A DNA stretch of 64,000 nucleotides from a candidate division WWE3 bacterium (GTDB lineage: Bacteria > Patescibacteriota > WWE3 > JAPLWK01): NCBI GenBank assembly GCA_026396615.1, contig JAPLWK010000011.1, forward strand, positions 962 through 64,961. The letters run 5' to 3'. Below the pieces are notes generated by a model. That model saw only the letters and a program-made list of their open reading frames with translations. It was not told where the DNA came from and made no database searches. A program made the translations under genes and the position numbers. Positions 63,249 through 64,000 of this stretch are shown in pieces. Numbering within the stretch: the first letter of the stretch is position 1; each line of letters starts with the position of its first letter.

Positions 63249-63986
63249 TTATGTTTTGATCGCCCTTGAGTTCAATAGTTGTAGTATCTGTTGCTTCTCG
63301 GTTTCGCTGTCGCCAAGCATAAAAACTTTTAAATGTTCTTTACACCACTCGTTATATTTATCAAGATCCCTAGATGAGATAACCACGTCATGTAAACTTT
63401 CTGAACCTAAACTTAAGGCCCCTGAACGCACGCCATCTATAACTCCAGCTAAACTAGCTACGTATAAAACTGTAACGTCACGTTTATGTCCGTTGTGATC
63501 CTCAAAGGCGTAACGAAAAGATTCCAAATCACCAACATACCCATTTCTTCCAAAAACACCTTCTATAGTGGCGAAACCGTCAGACCTTTCTAAATTTCCC
63601 CCTCTAAGCCAACAAAGATTTGGGCACTCCTCAAGTAACTCGGATAAAACCATATTCCCCGGACTTCTCTCCGTACTGTAACAATAAGGCATAATTCTTC
63701 CAATCAAATAAGAGTCATTACCGTATTGCGACCAAGAGTCCGGAAAGTAATCCTTGTTATGCGAGTTATGAATAATATTATAAATTTTGTCGCAAACGTA
63801 ATCTCTGCCTCGCTGCCCAACTTCGGGAGAAAGCGGAAAGGCTATACCTTCCGGAAGCTTAGCTAATTCTTCGTAAAAGAAAACGTTTGAGTATTCAGTA
63901 GATAAAGGCTCAAACTGCCGACCTTCTACAGTAGTGGCAACGGATTCGGAATCTGGTTTACTGGGTAGATCAGCTTTTATGTTCAC
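63249..63986 (-). CDS. hypothetical protein with possible SLOG/DprA-like Rossmann motif
   Basis: …VLYVASLAGVIDGVRSGALSLG… loosely resembles the SGxARGID…GAL motif of the DprA/LOG (SLOG) superfamily. Weak. Confidence 0.3.
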   Translation of the reverse strand: MNIKADLPSKPDSESVATTVEGRQFEPLSTEYSNVFFYEELAKLPEGIAFPLSPEVGQRGRDYVCDKIYNIIHNSHNKDYFPDSWSQYGNDSYLIGRIMPYCYSTERSPGNMVLSELLEECPNLCWLRGGNLERSDGFATIEGVFGRNGYVGDLESFRYAFEDHNGHKRDVTVLYVASLAGVIDGVRSGALSLGSESLHDVVISSRDLDKYNEWCKEHLKVFMLGDSETEKQQILQLLNSRAIKT

Positions 63987-64000
63987 GACAACTAATTCTA

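Overview
This is an AT-rich window from a small-genome bacterium; my impression is roughly 40-45% GC, but I did not compute it. Most of it is housekeeping. It carries aminoacyl-tRNA synthetases (aspS, argS, metG, gltX, hisS), secD/secF, secY-adk-map-infA-rpmJ-rpsM-rpsK-rpsD-rpoA-rplQ-rplM-rpsI, recJ, comM, miaA/miaB, rny/ymdB/recX, folD, and two tRNAs (Cys-GCA and Pro-GGG). I also found an RNase P RNA on the minus strand that the ORF track misreads as small ORFs. The 3' end has a fermentative module: hypC, a minimal two-subunit [NiFe] hydrogenase with its maturation protease, a ferredoxin, a two-gene 2-oxoacid:ferredoxin oxidoreductase, and an ADP-forming acetyl-CoA synthetase fused to an FNR-like domain. 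The short aaRS forms, the many secreted or membrane hypotheticals and this module are consistent with a Patescibacteria/CPR-like organism, but that is inference only. Seven accessory features stand out.
(a) A minus-strand three-gene cluster at 3290-7229. It encodes a 953-aa protein with a central minimal nucleotidyltransferase motif, a 222-aa membrane protein and a 60-aa protein. This is my best candidate for an undescribed system.
(b) Two families of short, GC-rich dispersed hairpin repeats. Family 1 is GTCATTCCGGGCTTGACCCGGAATCCAGT and family 2 is GTAGGG-N6-CATG-N6'-CCTC. Both show compensatory stem variation and often sit as inverted pairs. One family-1 pair is inserted in-frame inside miaA, and a family-1 unit forms the 3' end of folD.
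(c) An IS30-family element at about 35.2-36.3 kb, flanked by orphan genes.
(d) An RDD-HigBA-RDD-SPFH insertion inside the conserved map-adk-secY cluster.
(e) A Bro-N/DinD-like gene bracketed by ~45-bp direct repeats that duplicate the 3' end of a VanW-family gene. Next to it are a pseudopilin-like gene, a small TM gene and a LamG-like gene.
(f) A Lon-type AAA+ module with no protease domain.
(g) An FtsH/M41-type peptidase domain with no AAA domain.
I see no CRISPR array.
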